A DNA stretch of 64,000 bases from an uncultured Chloroflexia bacterium (GCA_963827475.1 CAWHAZ010000005.1:960001-1024000), one strand, 5' to 3'; positions 9,354 to 22,347 are shown, counted from the first letter of the stretch. A program made the numbers and translations. The notes: generated by a model not told the origin, from the letters alone.

Positions 9354-11110
9354 CCGGCGACCGGGATCGGCTCGAGCGGTGGATGGGCCTTCCGGCGCCG
9401 AGCGGCGAGGGGTGAGGCGTCCGCGGTCGCGTAGTCGATCACCCTCAGCTGGAGCCGGGGCTCGCCGTCCAGCATCCGCGACTCGAGGGTCGCCACCAGG
9501 TCGAGCGCGGCGCCGGCCTCCGGCGTCTCCTGGTCCTCCGCGACCCCGAATGCGATGGCGTCGATCGTCTCGAGCCCCTTCCGCATCCGCATCGAGAGGT
9601 GATTCTCGGCGGCGCCGACCCGTCGTGCGTCGCCGACGGTCAGGCCAGTGACGGCGAGGACCGGCTCGCCATGGCCCGCCCCGTAGGGCGCCAGGCCCTC
9701 GAGCTCGGCCAGCAGGGACCAGCCAACGTAGCGCGCCGGCAGGACGAGATCGACGGGGAGCGCGCCCGGCGGCGTCGGGACGACCGCCTGGTCAGGCGGG
9801 TACGGCCGCGGGAGGGCGGCGAAGGCGGCGGCGAAGGCGTCCCATTGCTCGGGCGCGGCGCTGAACCCGCCGGCTGCCGCGTGCCCGCCCCGCTTGGCGA
9901 GGTGCTCTCCGACGGCATCGAGCCCGAGCGTGACGTCGAAATCGGCCGGGGCGCGGATCGAGCCGCGGACCTCCGGCTCGACCAGGCTTGCGGCCGCCAC
10001 CGGGCGGGCCAGCTCGTCGGACAGTCGACCGGCCACCAGGCCGAGCAGGCCCGCGGGCCAGGCGTCGTCGCGGAGGGCCAGCGGCCCGCTGCCCGGGCGG
10101 TCGGCGGCCATACGGCGCGCGCTTTCGATCGCGATGGTGGTCAGCTCCCGTCGCCGCAGGTGGACCTCCTCCAGCTCGGTGAGCAGGGCCTCGGCCCGTG
10201 CCGGGTCGGTGGCGACCAGCAGGTCGAGCGCCAGCTCGGCATCGGCAATGCGCCCTGCGGCGTTCAGCCGCGGAACGATGCCGTATCCGACGTCACGCGC
10301 CGTCGGCCGCGACGGTTCCTCCGCGCCCCGCTGGAGCAGGCCCCGCAGTCCGGGATGGGTCGTGGTCGCCAGCTCGGCGAGGCCCATCCGGATGATGGCC
10401 CGGCTCTCCCCGATGAGCGGCGCCACGTCGGCGATGGCCCCGATCGCGGCCAGGGCCGCCAGGTCCGCGGCTTCGACGCCCCGGCGGGCGAGAAGCGCGC
10501 TCGCGAGGCGGTACGCCAGCCCGGCCCCGGTGAGATCGCGGTTCGGGTACGTGCAGTCCGGGCGGTGCGGATCGACGACGGCGACCGCGGCCGGCAGGAC
10601 AGCCGGCGGCACGTGATGGTCGGTCACGACCACGTCCATGCCGAGCTCGTTCGCCACCGCCACCTCGGCCGCGTTGCCGACCCCGCAGTCGCAGGTCACG
10701 ACCAGCCGCACGCCCTGCCCGGCCAGCGTCCGGAGTCCCTCCACCGACAGGCCGTAGCCCTCCGCCAGGCGAGAGGGCACGTACCGGATCGGCTCGACCC
10801 CGAGTCGACGAAGGGCGAGCACCCAGATCGCGACCGCGGTCATGCCATCGGCGTCGTAATCGCCCCAGATGGCGATCGTCTCTCCGTGGTCGACGGCGGC
10901 CTCGATGCGCTCGAGCGCGGCATGGGCATCGGTCATCAGGTCCAGCGCGGGGAGATCGGCCGAGCCCGCGTGGAGGAAGGCCGCGGCCTCGGCATCGGTC
11001 TGGATCCCGCGTCGAACGAGCAGCGTCGCGACCGGGGCGCCGAACCCGGTCAGGGCCGGTGGACGGTCAAGCGGGGGCGGGAGCAACCAGTCGAACCGGG
11101 GCCGGATCAT
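9350..11110 (-). CDS. recJ: ssDNA-specific exonuclease RecJ
   Basis: GDYDADG, EGYGL, TCDCG, TDHH, PRLNAAGR, GGHAAAGG. Confidence 0.95.
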   Translation of the reverse strand: MIRPRFDWLLPPPLDRPPALTGFGAPVATLLVRRGIQTDAEAAAFLHAGSADLPALDLMTDAHAALERIEAAVDHGETIAIWGDYDADGMTAVAIWVLALRRLGVEPIRYVPSRLAEGYGLSVEGLRTLAGQGVRLVVTCDCGVGNAAEVAVANELGMDVVVTDHHVPPAVLPAAVAVVDPHRPDCTYPNRDLTGAGLAYRLASALLARRGVEAADLAALAAIGAIADVAPLIGESRAIIRMGLAELATTTHPGLRGLLQRGAEEPSRPTARDVGYGIVPRLNAAGRIADAELALDLLVATDPARAEALLTELEEVHLRRRELTTIAIESARRMAADRPGSGPLALRDDAWPAGLLGLVAGRLSDELARPVAAASLVEPEVRGSIRAPADFDVTLGLDAVGEHLAKRGGHAAAGGFSAAPEQWDAFAAAFAALPRPYPPDQAVVPTPPGALPVDLVLPARYVGWSLLAELEGLAPYGAGHGEPVLAVTGLTVGDARRVGAAENHLSMRMRKGLETIDAIAFGVAEDQETPEAGAALDLVATLESRMLDGEPRLQLRVIDYATADASPLAARRRKAHPPLEPIPVAG

Positions 11111-11180
11111 GCCCGGCCATGGTAGAGGTGCCCGCTGCTGCCCGACTTACCCCGGCGGCACCGATCGAGAGATGGCGCCG

Positions 11181-12302
11181 TCAGCGGGTGGCGGACCGCC
11201 GCGCCTTGCGCTTCGCGGACCACTCGTCCCAGGTGACGAGGATCTGGCTCGCGTTGAAGATCGACGAGTACGTCCCGCTCACGATCCCGATCAGCAGGGC
11301 CAGGGTGAAGGTCTGGATCGTCACCGGGCCGAGGAGCAGCAGGGCAGCGGTGGTCGCGACCACGGTCAGGGAGGTGTTGATCGACCGGCCCATGGTCTGG
11401 AGGATCGAGTGGTTCACGATCGCGCCGAACGACTCCCCGGCGTGGCGAAGGCGGTTCTCCCGGATCCGGTCGAAGACCACGATCGAGTCGTGGACGGAGA
11501 AGCCGATGACGGTGAGCAGCGCGGTCACGAACAAGGCGTCGAACTCGACACCGAAGAAGTAGCCGAGGATGGCGAACGCGCCCACGACCACGATCACGTC
11601 GTGGAGGAGGGCGATGATCGCCGCCGTCCCGAAGCGGATGCTCCGGAACCGGTACCACAGGTACAGCAGGATGAACGCCTCGCCGACGGCGAGGATGATG
11701 ATCGAGCTCCGGATGAGCTCCGAACCGATGATCGCGCCGACCGTGTCCAGCGAGCGGGTCTCCGAGAAGCCGAACTCGGCCTCCAGCCCCTGGACCAGCT
11801 CCTCGATCGGGGTTCCCTCGATCGCTGGCGGAGGCGGCGTGGCCTCAGGGCTGGAAGTCGCCGACGGTGCCGGGGTCGGGCTCGGCGTCGGCGATGGGGT
11901 GGGGGTCGCGCTCGGTGCTTGGCTCGGCGACTCGGAAGCGCTGCCACTCGGGGCAGGCGTCTCCGCGGACGAGGCCGACGGGCTGGGGGTCGGCGACGGC
12001 GACGAGGTCGGCGCCGGGGTCGGGATGCCGCCGACGATCGGGAACTCGATCGGCTCCAGGCGCACCTCGAGGAATCCGCTGTCCACCTCGACCACGACGG
12101 CCTCCGGATGGTCGAGCGCGACCAGGGCGGCCTGGACCTCCGCCGCCGACGGATCGTCCGCGAAGCGGACCTGCCAGACCGTGCCGCCGGTGTAGTCGAT
12201 CGACGGCTTCAGCCCGCCGAGGGCGATGAAGATGAGCCCCGGGACGGTGATCAGGGCGCTGAAGAGGTAGTACCAGCGGCGCTTGCCGACGATGTCGTAC
12301 AT
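11181..12302 (-). CDS. secF: Protein translocase subunit SecF with S/T/P-rich insertion
   Basis: SIDYTGG, ALLHDV, LTVIGFSVHDSIVVFDRIREN, RSINTS, GTYSSIF. Confidence 0.95.
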   Translation of the reverse strand: MYDIVGKRRWYYLFSALITVPGLIFIALGGLKPSIDYTGGTVWQVRFADDPSAAEVQAALVALDHPEAVVVEVDSGFLEVRLEPIEFPIVGGIPTPAPTSSPSPTPSPSASSAETPAPSGSASESPSQAPSATPTPSPTPSPTPAPSATSSPEATPPPPAIEGTPIEELVQGLEAEFGFSETRSLDTVGAIIGSELIRSSIIILAVGEAFILLYLWYRFRSIRFGTAAIIALLHDVIVVVGAFAILGYFFGVEFDALFVTALLTVIGFSVHDSIVVFDRIRENRLRHAGESFGAIVNHSILQTMGRSINTSLTVVATTAALLLLGPVTIQTFTLALLIGIVSGTYSSIFNASQILVTWDEWSAKRKARRSATR

Positions 12303-12305
12303 CGG

Positions 12306-13631
12306 TCAGCGCTCCACGTGGTAGAGCTCGATCCGGCGTCCCCACTCGCGGTGGATGGCCATCCGGAGCAGGGTCCGGGTCACGACCACGGCGCTGAACA
12401 TCGAGACCAGGACACCGATGCCGAGCACGAGGGCGAAGCCCTTGATCACGCTGCTGCCCTGCCAGAACAGCCAGCCGGCGATGAGCAGCGAGCTGACGTT
12501 CGAGTCGAGGATGCTCGACCAGGCGCGGTTGAAGCCGGCCTCGATGGCCGGTCCGAGCGTCTTGCCGGCGCGGATCTCCTCCTTCATCCGCTCGAAGATG
12601 AGGATGTTGGCGTCCACCGCCATGCCGATGCTCAGGATGAAGGCCGCGACCCCGGCCAGCGTCAGGGTGACCGGCACGATCCGGAAGATGGCGTACACCA
12701 CCAGCGTGTAGAAGAGCAGCGCGAGGGACGCCAGCACGCCGGGCAGGCGGTAGTTCGCGATCATGAAGAACAGGACGAGGGCCAGCCCCACCACCCCGGC
12801 GATGAGGGCCTGGGTCAGGAAGTCGCGTCCCAGGGTGGGCTGGATGGCGGTGACCTCCTGGACCTGGAGAGAGACCGGCAGGGCTCCGAACCGGAGCTGG
12901 TTGTAGAGCGTCGTCTGCGACACCGACGTCTCGGTCCCCGGCGGCCCCACGGTGATGATCGTGCGGCCGCCGCAGATCGGCTGCTGGATGAGCGGGCTGG
13001 TGATGATCTCGCCGTCGAGGGCGATTGGGCCGTACGCGTTCTGGTGGGCGGTGGTGTAGTCGCACCAGATCGCCTCGGCCTCCGGTGAGATCGTGAAGCT
13101 GACGCCGAGCTGCCCAGCCTGGCTCGTGTCCGGGACGACCGAGCCCTCCTGGATCTCTCCCCCGTCGAACAGGATCCGGAGCGTGCCATTCGCGACCTGG
13201 TCGATGATGTTCTGCCCGCGCTCGAGCTCCGCGCCGGCCGAGTCGATGAAGAACAGCTGTCCCGTCGAGCCGACGAGATCGAGGACCTGGTTCCGATCGC
13301 TGACGCCGGGGACCTCGACCACGATCCGGGCCTGGCCGTTGGCGCCGACCTCGGTCCGCACCTGCGGCTCGGTGACCCCGATGCCCGACACGCGGCGCTC
13401 GATGATCGTGCGCGCCAGCTCCACGCGCTCGGGCGTCGGCTCCTCGCCGCTGACCGCCTGGACCTCGAGGGTGACGCCGATCCCGCCCTGCAGGTCGAGG
13501 CCGAGCACCGTGCGGATGCTGTCGGGAAGCGGGAGGAAGGTGGCCCCGGTGGTCTTGCGCGGAATGACGATGTAGAGGGCCAACAGGGTGATCGCGAGGA
13601 TCACCCATGGGGCGATGCGGCGCCAGGTCAT
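12306..13631 (-). CDS. secD: Protein translocase subunit SecD
   Basis: LGLDLQGG, LRFGALP, IGMAVDANILIFERMKEE, ILDSNV; start taken at ATG 13631. Confidence 0.95.
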   Translation of the reverse strand: MTWRRIAPWVILAITLLALYIVIPRKTTGATFLPLPDSIRTVLGLDLQGGIGVTLEVQAVSGEEPTPERVELARTIIERRVSGIGVTEPQVRTEVGANGQARIVVEVPGVSDRNQVLDLVGSTGQLFFIDSAGAELERGQNIIDQVANGTLRILFDGGEIQEGSVVPDTSQAGQLGVSFTISPEAEAIWCDYTTAHQNAYGPIALDGEIITSPLIQQPICGGRTIITVGPPGTETSVSQTTLYNQLRFGALPVSLQVQEVTAIQPTLGRDFLTQALIAGVVGLALVLFFMIANYRLPGVLASLALLFYTLVVYAIFRIVPVTLTLAGVAAFILSIGMAVDANILIFERMKEEIRAGKTLGPAIEAGFNRAWSSILDSNVSSLLIAGWLFWQGSSVIKGFALVLGIGVLVSMFSAVVVTRTLLRMAIHREWGRRIELYHVER

Positions 13632-13729
13632 GCTCGGTGGAGTGTCCCTCCGGCCCTCGGACAATAAACACGCCGCCAATCGGCGGCCGTCGCGAAGTAT
13701 AGGGGCGCCCCGGGGGAGCGCAAGAACGC

Positions 13730-15649
13730 CTAGGCCAGCCGGCCTTCCCGCGCCAGGGCGCTCTTCACCCGCTCGGCGAGCTGGACGCTCATCAGCGGAG
13801 CCCCGGCGATCTCCTCAACCGAGGCGTCGCGCAGGGCGCGGACGCTGCCGAACCGCCGGAGGAGGGCCGCCCGCCGGGCGGGACCGATGCCGGGCACGTC
13901 GTCGAACAGGCTTCCCAGGGCGCTCCGGCCCCGAACCTGGCGGTGGTAGGTGATGGCGAACCGATGCGCCTCGTCACGGATGCGCTGGACCAGGTAGAGC
14001 TCCGGCGCCTTGGCCGGCAGGATGATCGGCTCCGAGCGGCCCGGCACGAACAGCTCCTCGAACCGCTTGGCCAGTCCCGCGGCCGGCAAGTGGGTGAGGC
14101 CGAGGTCCTTCAGCACCCCGGTGGCGGCCGACAGCTGGCCCTTGCCGCCGTCGACGATCACGAGATCGGGCAGGGCCCATTCCTCGCCGTCGACCGCGTC
14201 TTCGTCCACCCCGACCGAGGACGGTTCGAGCGCGCCGGTTTCTCGCCGGAGGCGGGCAGCCCGGGCGAATCGGCGGCGAAGCACCTCGGCCATCATCCGG
14301 AAGTCGTCCGGCGTGTCGCCGCTGCGAATCCGGAACCGGCGGTACTGGCGGCTGTCCGGCGCGCCGTCGGTGAAGACGACCATGCTCCCGACCGCGCTCG
14401 TGCCCTGGATGTTGCTCATGTCGTAGCACTCGATCCGGTGCGGCGGCTCCTCGAGACCCAGTGCCCGGGCCAGCCCGACGAGTGCCTGGGCGCGCGCCCC
14501 GCGGTCCGCCAGCCATTCCGCGCGGTCCTTGGCCAGGGCCTCGGCCGCGTTTTCCGACGCGAGCGCGACGAGGCGCCGCTTCGCGCCCCGGCTCGGGACG
14601 TGGAGCCGGACGCCGCTCCCCCGCCGCGTGCTCAGCACCGCGGCCAGCGTCTCCACATCGGCGGGGGCGAACGGGAGGAGGATCGAGCGCGGCGGACGCT
14701 CGGTGGCCGGGTAGTACTGCTGCAGGAACGACGCGAGGACGTCCTCGTCGGCCTGGTCACCCGCCCCTTCCGCGATGAAGTGCTCGCGCCCGATCATCTT
14801 GCCGTTGCGGATGACGAAGACCTGCATGCAGGCCTCGGTTCCGTCACGGGCGAGACCGATGACGTCGTGCTCCTCCCGGCTGAAGGCGGCCACCTTCTGC
14901 TGCTCGATCGTCCACTCCACGGCCTTGAGCTTGTCGCGAGCGACGGCCGCCGCCTCGTAGCGGAGCGAGTCGGAGTGGGCCTCCATCTCGCCGCGCAGCT
15001 GGTCGGCGATGCCCTCCTGGCGACCCTCGAGGAAGTCGACCACCTGGTCGATGGTGGCCCGATAGGCATCGGTCTCGATCGCGCCGATGCACGGGCCCTG
15101 GCAGCGCTTGATGTGATAGAGGAGACACGGCCGCTCCAGGACCTTCTGGCCGGCGGGGATGTCGAGGTCGCAGGTCCGGAACGGGAAGATCTTGCTCAGC
15201 AGGCGGAGCGTCTCGTCCACCGATGACGCCGAGGCATACGGGCCGAAGTAGCGGCTTCCATCCCGGACCAGCTTGCGGGTCCTGACGATCCGCGGGTAGT
15301 CCTCGGCCATCGTGATCCGGACGAAGGGATAGCTCTTGTCGTCCTTGAGGCGGATGTTGAACCGGGGCCGATGCTCCTTGATGAGGTTGCCCTCGAGGAT
15401 GTAGGCCTCGCCGATGGTGTCGGTGACGATGTACTCGATGTCCGCCGTGTCGGCCACCAGCTTCGCGTGCCGGGCCTCGAGCTGGCCGCCCGCCCCAAAG
15501 TGGCTGCGAACCCGGCTGCGGAGGGAGTTCGCCTTGCCCACGTACAGCGCGCGCCGGTCGGCGGCGCGGAACAGGTACACGCCGGGAGCGGTGGGGAGAT
15601 GCCGGAGGATGGCTCGAATGTGAGCGGACGGCGTCGGTGTGGCGGCCAC
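13730..15649 (-). CDS. uvrC: Excinuclease ABC subunit C
   Basis: GIY-YIG (PGVY..YVGKA), Cys cluster, ECYDMSN, DGGKGQ, RDEAHRFA and HhH. Confidence 0.96.
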   Translation of the reverse strand: MAATPTPSAHIRAILRHLPTAPGVYLFRAADRRALYVGKANSLRSRVRSHFGAGGQLEARHAKLVADTADIEYIVTDTIGEAYILEGNLIKEHRPRFNIRLKDDKSYPFVRITMAEDYPRIVRTRKLVRDGSRYFGPYASASSVDETLRLLSKIFPFRTCDLDIPAGQKVLERPCLLYHIKRCQGPCIGAIETDAYRATIDQVVDFLEGRQEGIADQLRGEMEAHSDSLRYEAAAVARDKLKAVEWTIEQQKVAAFSREEHDVIGLARDGTEACMQVFVIRNGKMIGREHFIAEGAGDQADEDVLASFLQQYYPATERPPRSILLPFAPADVETLAAVLSTRRGSGVRLHVPSRGAKRRLVALASENAAEALAKDRAEWLADRGARAQALVGLARALGLEEPPHRIECYDMSNIQGTSAVGSMVVFTDGAPDSRQYRRFRIRSGDTPDDFRMMAEVLRRRFARAARLRRETGALEPSSVGVDEDAVDGEEWALPDLVIVDGGKGQLSAATGVLKDLGLTHLPAAGLAKRFEELFVPGRSEPIILPAKAPELYLVQRIRDEAHRFAITYHRQVRGRSALGSLFDDVPGIGPARRAALLRRFGSVRALRDASVEEIAGAPLMSVQLAERVKSALAREGRLA

Positions 15650-15680
15650 CGGCTAATGGTAGGGCGACCGATGGCGGCGG

Positions 15681-16915
15681 TCAGGGACTCCCGCTGGGCG
15701 CGCCCGGGCTGGGCACGGGCGTCGGGATCGGTTCGGCCAGCCTGGTGGCGAGGTACGCGTGGAGGGGCGAGTAGTCGGCCCCGGTGGCGCGACCGATGAC
15801 GACCAGGACGTACCGGCCGTCGGTCGTGGTGGTGGCCTGGAGGATCACGCCCTCGGTGAGCTCGATGCGGCGGTCCGGGGACAGGTGCCCGCTCAGGAGC
15901 GCGAGGTCGATGGCCGAGAGGTCGGTGGCGAGATGGGTGGACAGGACGTCCATGAGCGCCAGGCCCGGACCGATCGATCCCGGAAAGCCGTTTCCGAGCT
16001 TTGCGCGGAGCCCAGCCAGGACCCGTTGCTGGCGGATCGATCGCGCGAAATCGCCTGCCTCGGCGGGCTCGGACGTATAGCGGGCCCGGGCGTAGGCCAG
16101 CGCTGATGCGCCATCGAGCTGCAACGGTCCCGGCGGCGAAGGCTCCGCCGTCGAAGAATCGCTGCCTGAAGTTGACCTCGTTCAGGGTGAAGGCGAAGGC
16201 ACGAGGATTGTCGACCGTGATGCCGCCCACCGCGTCGACGACGCCGGCGAGGCCGTCGAAGTCGAGGGCAATCCAGTGGTCGATCGTGAGCCCGGTGACG
16301 TGCTCGAGGACATCGGTCTGGGCCTCGCCCGGCCTCGTGCACCCCGCCGACGTCCCAGCCCGCGGCGAATCCCTCGTTGACCTTGGCGTTCTCCGGGAAC
16401 AGGGCATGGCCCTCGACCCACAGGTCGCGCGGGACGGCGATCATCGTCGTCGCGTTGGTCGACGGGTCGATCGAGAGGATGTTCAGGGAGTCGGCGAGGT
16501 ACTGCCCGCCGTGCCCCTCGCGGCCCGCGTACCCGAGGAAGGCGATGTTGACCGGCGGTCCGCCGGCGAGGGGTCCGAGCAGCGCGGTGGACAGGCTCGG
16601 AGCCGTGCTGACCGCGCGGTTGAAGGCATCGGCACGCTGCCACAGGAGCACCGCCCCGATGAGCAGGCCGCCGACGACGAGCAGGAGACCCGCGCCCAGC
16701 ACGCGCCGAATCGGGACGCTACCGCCGACCGGCTCCTCGTAGCCGGCATCCGCCAGGACCGAGGCCTCGTGGGCGGCGACGAGCTGCATGCGCGACGTGC
16801 CGGTGTTGATGCCCTTCTTCCGGAGCCGCTCCTCCCGGGCGATGGCGGCCTGGAGCCGCTTCGTGCGCGCCGAGGGGCGCGCCTGGGCACGGGACAGTGA
16901 GAAGAATCGAGCCAT
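15681..16915 (-). CDS. LCP (LytR-CpsA-Psr) family protein (frameshifts near 16325 and 16125)
   Basis: TM helix, N.AFLG, ADS, VPRDLWV, KVN, LDFDGL..VVDAVGGI.V, LDGA.ALAYARAR, GDF.R..RQQ across frames. Confidence 0.85.
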
Positions 16916-17041
16916 TGGGCGCCGGTGAGCCGGCAGGTGCACCCTCCCTGACAAATAGCCGGCGGAAGGATAGCGGCATCCTGCCCGCGCCTGCCGGAAT
17001 CCGGCCGTCAGCCGTCGGTAAGGGGCTGGAGCCACGCTCAG

Positions 17042-18742
17042 GTGCGATGCCAGTCCCGTATTGCCGACATCCTCGCCAGCCTGGACGACCGGCAGCGGCG
17101 GGCCGCGACGCTCGGGGACGGGCCAGCCCAGCTCATCGCGCCGGCCGGCAGCGGCAAGACCGCGACCCTGGTCGCCCGCATCGGTGTGCTGGTCACGTCC
17201 GGCGTGCCCGCGGCGCGCATCCTGGTCGTGACCTTCAACCGCGATGCGGCGGCCGAGCTGACGGACCGGATCACGACCCGCCTGGGGATCCGTCCCGGGA
17301 GCGACGGACCGGAGGTGCGGACGCTCCACGCGCTGGCCCGCCAGATCGTGCTCGACGGGCCGCGCCCGCCGCGACTCGTCGCCGACCGGCTGCCGCTCCT
17401 TCGCCAGGCGCGCCGCAGAGTGCTGGCACGGAACGCGGGCGAGGAAGAGCTGCCGGCGGCGGAGGAGCTCGACGCCATCGTGTCCGCCGCGATCCTCGAG
17501 GGAAAGCGACCCGACGGACCCCTGGCCGAAGTGGTGGCAACGTACCGCGACCTCCTCAGCGTTCGCGGCCTGACGGACTTCGACGGGATGCTGGCCGGCG
17601 CACTCGCCTCCCTCCGAGACGACCCCGAGCGCCGGCGGCAGTGGCAAGGGCGCTTCAGCCACGTCCTCGTCGACGAGTACCAGGACGTGGACGGCACCCA
17701 GGTCGAGCTCGTCGCCCTGCTCGCCGAGCCGGAGCGCAACCTGTTCGTGGTCGGCGACGACGACCAGACGATCTATGCCTGGCGGCTCGCCGACGTCCGG
17801 CGCATCCTCCAGTTCCCGGATCGGTACCCCGACGCGGTCCGGATCGTGCTGGAAACCAACTACCGATGTCCGCCGGGCGTCGTGGCGGCCGCCGATCGGC
17901 TGATCGCGACGAACCGGGAACGGGTCCCGAAGCGCCTGCGCCCGGCGGCGCGGGCGGGACCGAACGCGGATGGCGGGCCGGCTCCGATCGCGACCTGGGC
18001 GCTGCGTGGCCCGGACGCGGCCGATCGGCTCGCGACGGCCCTGCCCGGCTGGGCCGCGGCGCATGGGCGGGTGGCGGTCCTGGCCCGCACCCGAGCCGAG
18101 CTCGGGCCGCTCCTGCTGGCCCTGCTCCGCGCCGGAATCCGCCATGCGACGCCGGTGAAGGCTCCGCTGCAGGCCGAGGAGGTAGCCACGCTGCTGGGCG
18201 ATCTGCAGGGGATCGATCCGGCCCAGCTGCCACTGCCGGTCCTGCTCCGGGCGCGATCGGACCACGGCTGGCGGCGAGGCGATCCATCGGATGCCCTGGG
18301 CGAGGAGGCGCACGCGGCGCTCGACGCGGCCATCGGGTGGGCGGTCGGCCATCGCCGGGTGGATGGCTATCTGGCCGCGTTCGCCGAGGCGAAGCATCGG
18401 CTGGAGTCGCTCCGCGACCCCGATGCTCCGATCGAGATCACCACGGTGCACGGCGCCAAGGGCCGGGAATGGCCGCTGGTGGTGGTGCTCGGGATGGAGG
18501 TCGACCGATTCCCGAACAAGCGGGCCCTGGACGACGCCCTCGACCCGCGCCGCGCGCTCGAGGAGGAACGACGGCTCGCCTACGTGGCGGTTACCCGCGC
18601 CCGAGAACGCCTCGTGCTCGCATTCGACCCGGAGCGCCCGTCACCGTTCGTGGCGGAGCTGATGGGTCGCCTGGCTCCGGATCGCGATGCGGACCGGGCT
18701 CCGGCCTACAGGCCGACCTCGGCCGCGACCGTGTCGAGGTAG
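17042..18742 (+). CDS. UvrD/REP family SF1A DNA helicase, compact
   Basis: APAGSGKT, VTFNRDAA, LVDEYQD, VGDDDQTIYAWR, LETNYRC, TVHGAKGREW, EERRLAYVAVTRAR. Start uncertain. Confidence 0.92.
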   Translation: MRCQSRIADILASLDDRQRRAATLGDGPAQLIAPAGSGKTATLVARIGVLVTSGVPAARILVVTFNRDAAAELTDRITTRLGIRPGSDGPEVRTLHALARQIVLDGPRPPRLVADRLPLLRQARRRVLARNAGEEELPAAEELDAIVSAAILEGKRPDGPLAEVVATYRDLLSVRGLTDFDGMLAGALASLRDDPERRRQWQGRFSHVLVDEYQDVDGTQVELVALLAEPERNLFVVGDDDQTIYAWRLADVRRILQFPDRYPDAVRIVLETNYRCPPGVVAAADRLIATNRERVPKRLRPAARAGPNADGGPAPIATWALRGPDAADRLATALPGWAAAHGRVAVLARTRAELGPLLLALLRAGIRHATPVKAPLQAEEVATLLGDLQGIDPAQLPLPVLLRARSDHGWRRGDPSDALGEEAHAALDAAIGWAVGHRRVDGYLAAFAEAKHRLESLRDPDAPIEITTVHGAKGREWPLVVVLGMEVDRFPNKRALDDALDPRRALEEERRLAYVAVTRARERLVLAFDPERPSPFVAELMGRLAPDRDADRAPAYRPTSAATVSR

Positions 18743-19269
18743 CGGACCATGTTCGCGACGTGCTCGTCGAACTCCAGGCCGATCTCGTCCGCGCCGGCGA
18801 GCAGCATCTCGCGCGGCACGGCCCGGGCAAAGGCCTTGTCCTTCATCCGCTTCCGGACGTTGGCCGGCTCCACGTCGGCGAGCTTGCGGCTGGGCCGCAT
18901 GAGCGCGACGGCGACGAGGAAGCCCGCGAGCTCGTCGCAGGCGTAGACGAGATGGTCCAGCCGGCTGGTGCGGGGAATGCCGAGGGCGTCGTTGTGGGTC
19001 CGGACCGCTTGGATCACGTCCTCCGGGTATCCGCGCCGGACGAGCTCGTCGGCGCCGATCGCCCCGTGGGTCGCTGCATCGGGGAATCGCTCGTAATCCA
19101 GGTCGTGGAGCAGCCCGGCGATTCCCCACTGCTCCACCGTCTCCGGGTCGAGTCCGTCATCGGTCGCGTAGCCGCGCACGCCAGCTTCGACCAGGATCCC
19201 GTGCTTGCGCAGCGACGCGCTCTCGTTCCACTCGTGAAGGAGCGTCAGCGCGTCGTCGCGGGTCGGCAT
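18706..19269 (-). CDS. HD-superfamily (HDIG-type) hydrolase
   Basis: SLRKH, GLLHDLDYE, ACDELAGF, KDKAFARAV.RE. Confidence 0.85.
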   Translation of the reverse strand: MPTRDDALTLLHEWNESASLRKHGILVEAGVRGYATDDGLDPETVEQWGIAGLLHDLDYERFPDAATHGAIGADELVRRGYPEDVIQAVRTHNDALGIPRTSRLDHLVYACDELAGFLVAVALMRPSRKLADVEPANVRKRMKDKAFARAVPREMLLAGADEIGLEFDEHVANMVRYLDTVAAEVGL

Positions 19270-19290
19270 CGAAACGATCTTATCGGTGGG

Positions 19291-22230
<2,940 letters not shown>

Positions 22231-22255
22231 CGACCCGATGATAGCAAACCGATAT

Positions 22256-22267
22256 GAACGCCTGTTC
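22256..22267. promoter_or_regulatory. LexA/SOS box (GAAC-N4-GTTC) in the uvrA promoter
   Basis: GAACgcctGTTC lies 26 nt upstream of the uvrA ATG, next to a TATCAT -10 box (22238-22243, minus strand). Confidence 0.75.
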
Positions 22268-22294
22268 GGTTTGACCGATGCGGGTCGCTCAGCC

Positions 22295-22324
22295 GAAGGG
22301 CCCGGTCAGACGACCGGGCCCTTC
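22295..22324 (-). terminator. Hairpin, probable terminator of the DUF4203-like gene
   Basis: Perfect 13-bp stem GAAGGGCCCGGTC-agac-GACCGGGCCCTTC just after the stop codon; weak U tract. Confidence 0.6.
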
Positions 22325-22347
22325 CATCGGTATGGGTGGTTCGGCTG

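Noticed and set aside
11827-12030. CRISPR-like or DNA tandem repeat
   Set aside because: The repetition is at peptide level (PT/PS) with varied codons, inside secF, with no repeat-spacer structure.
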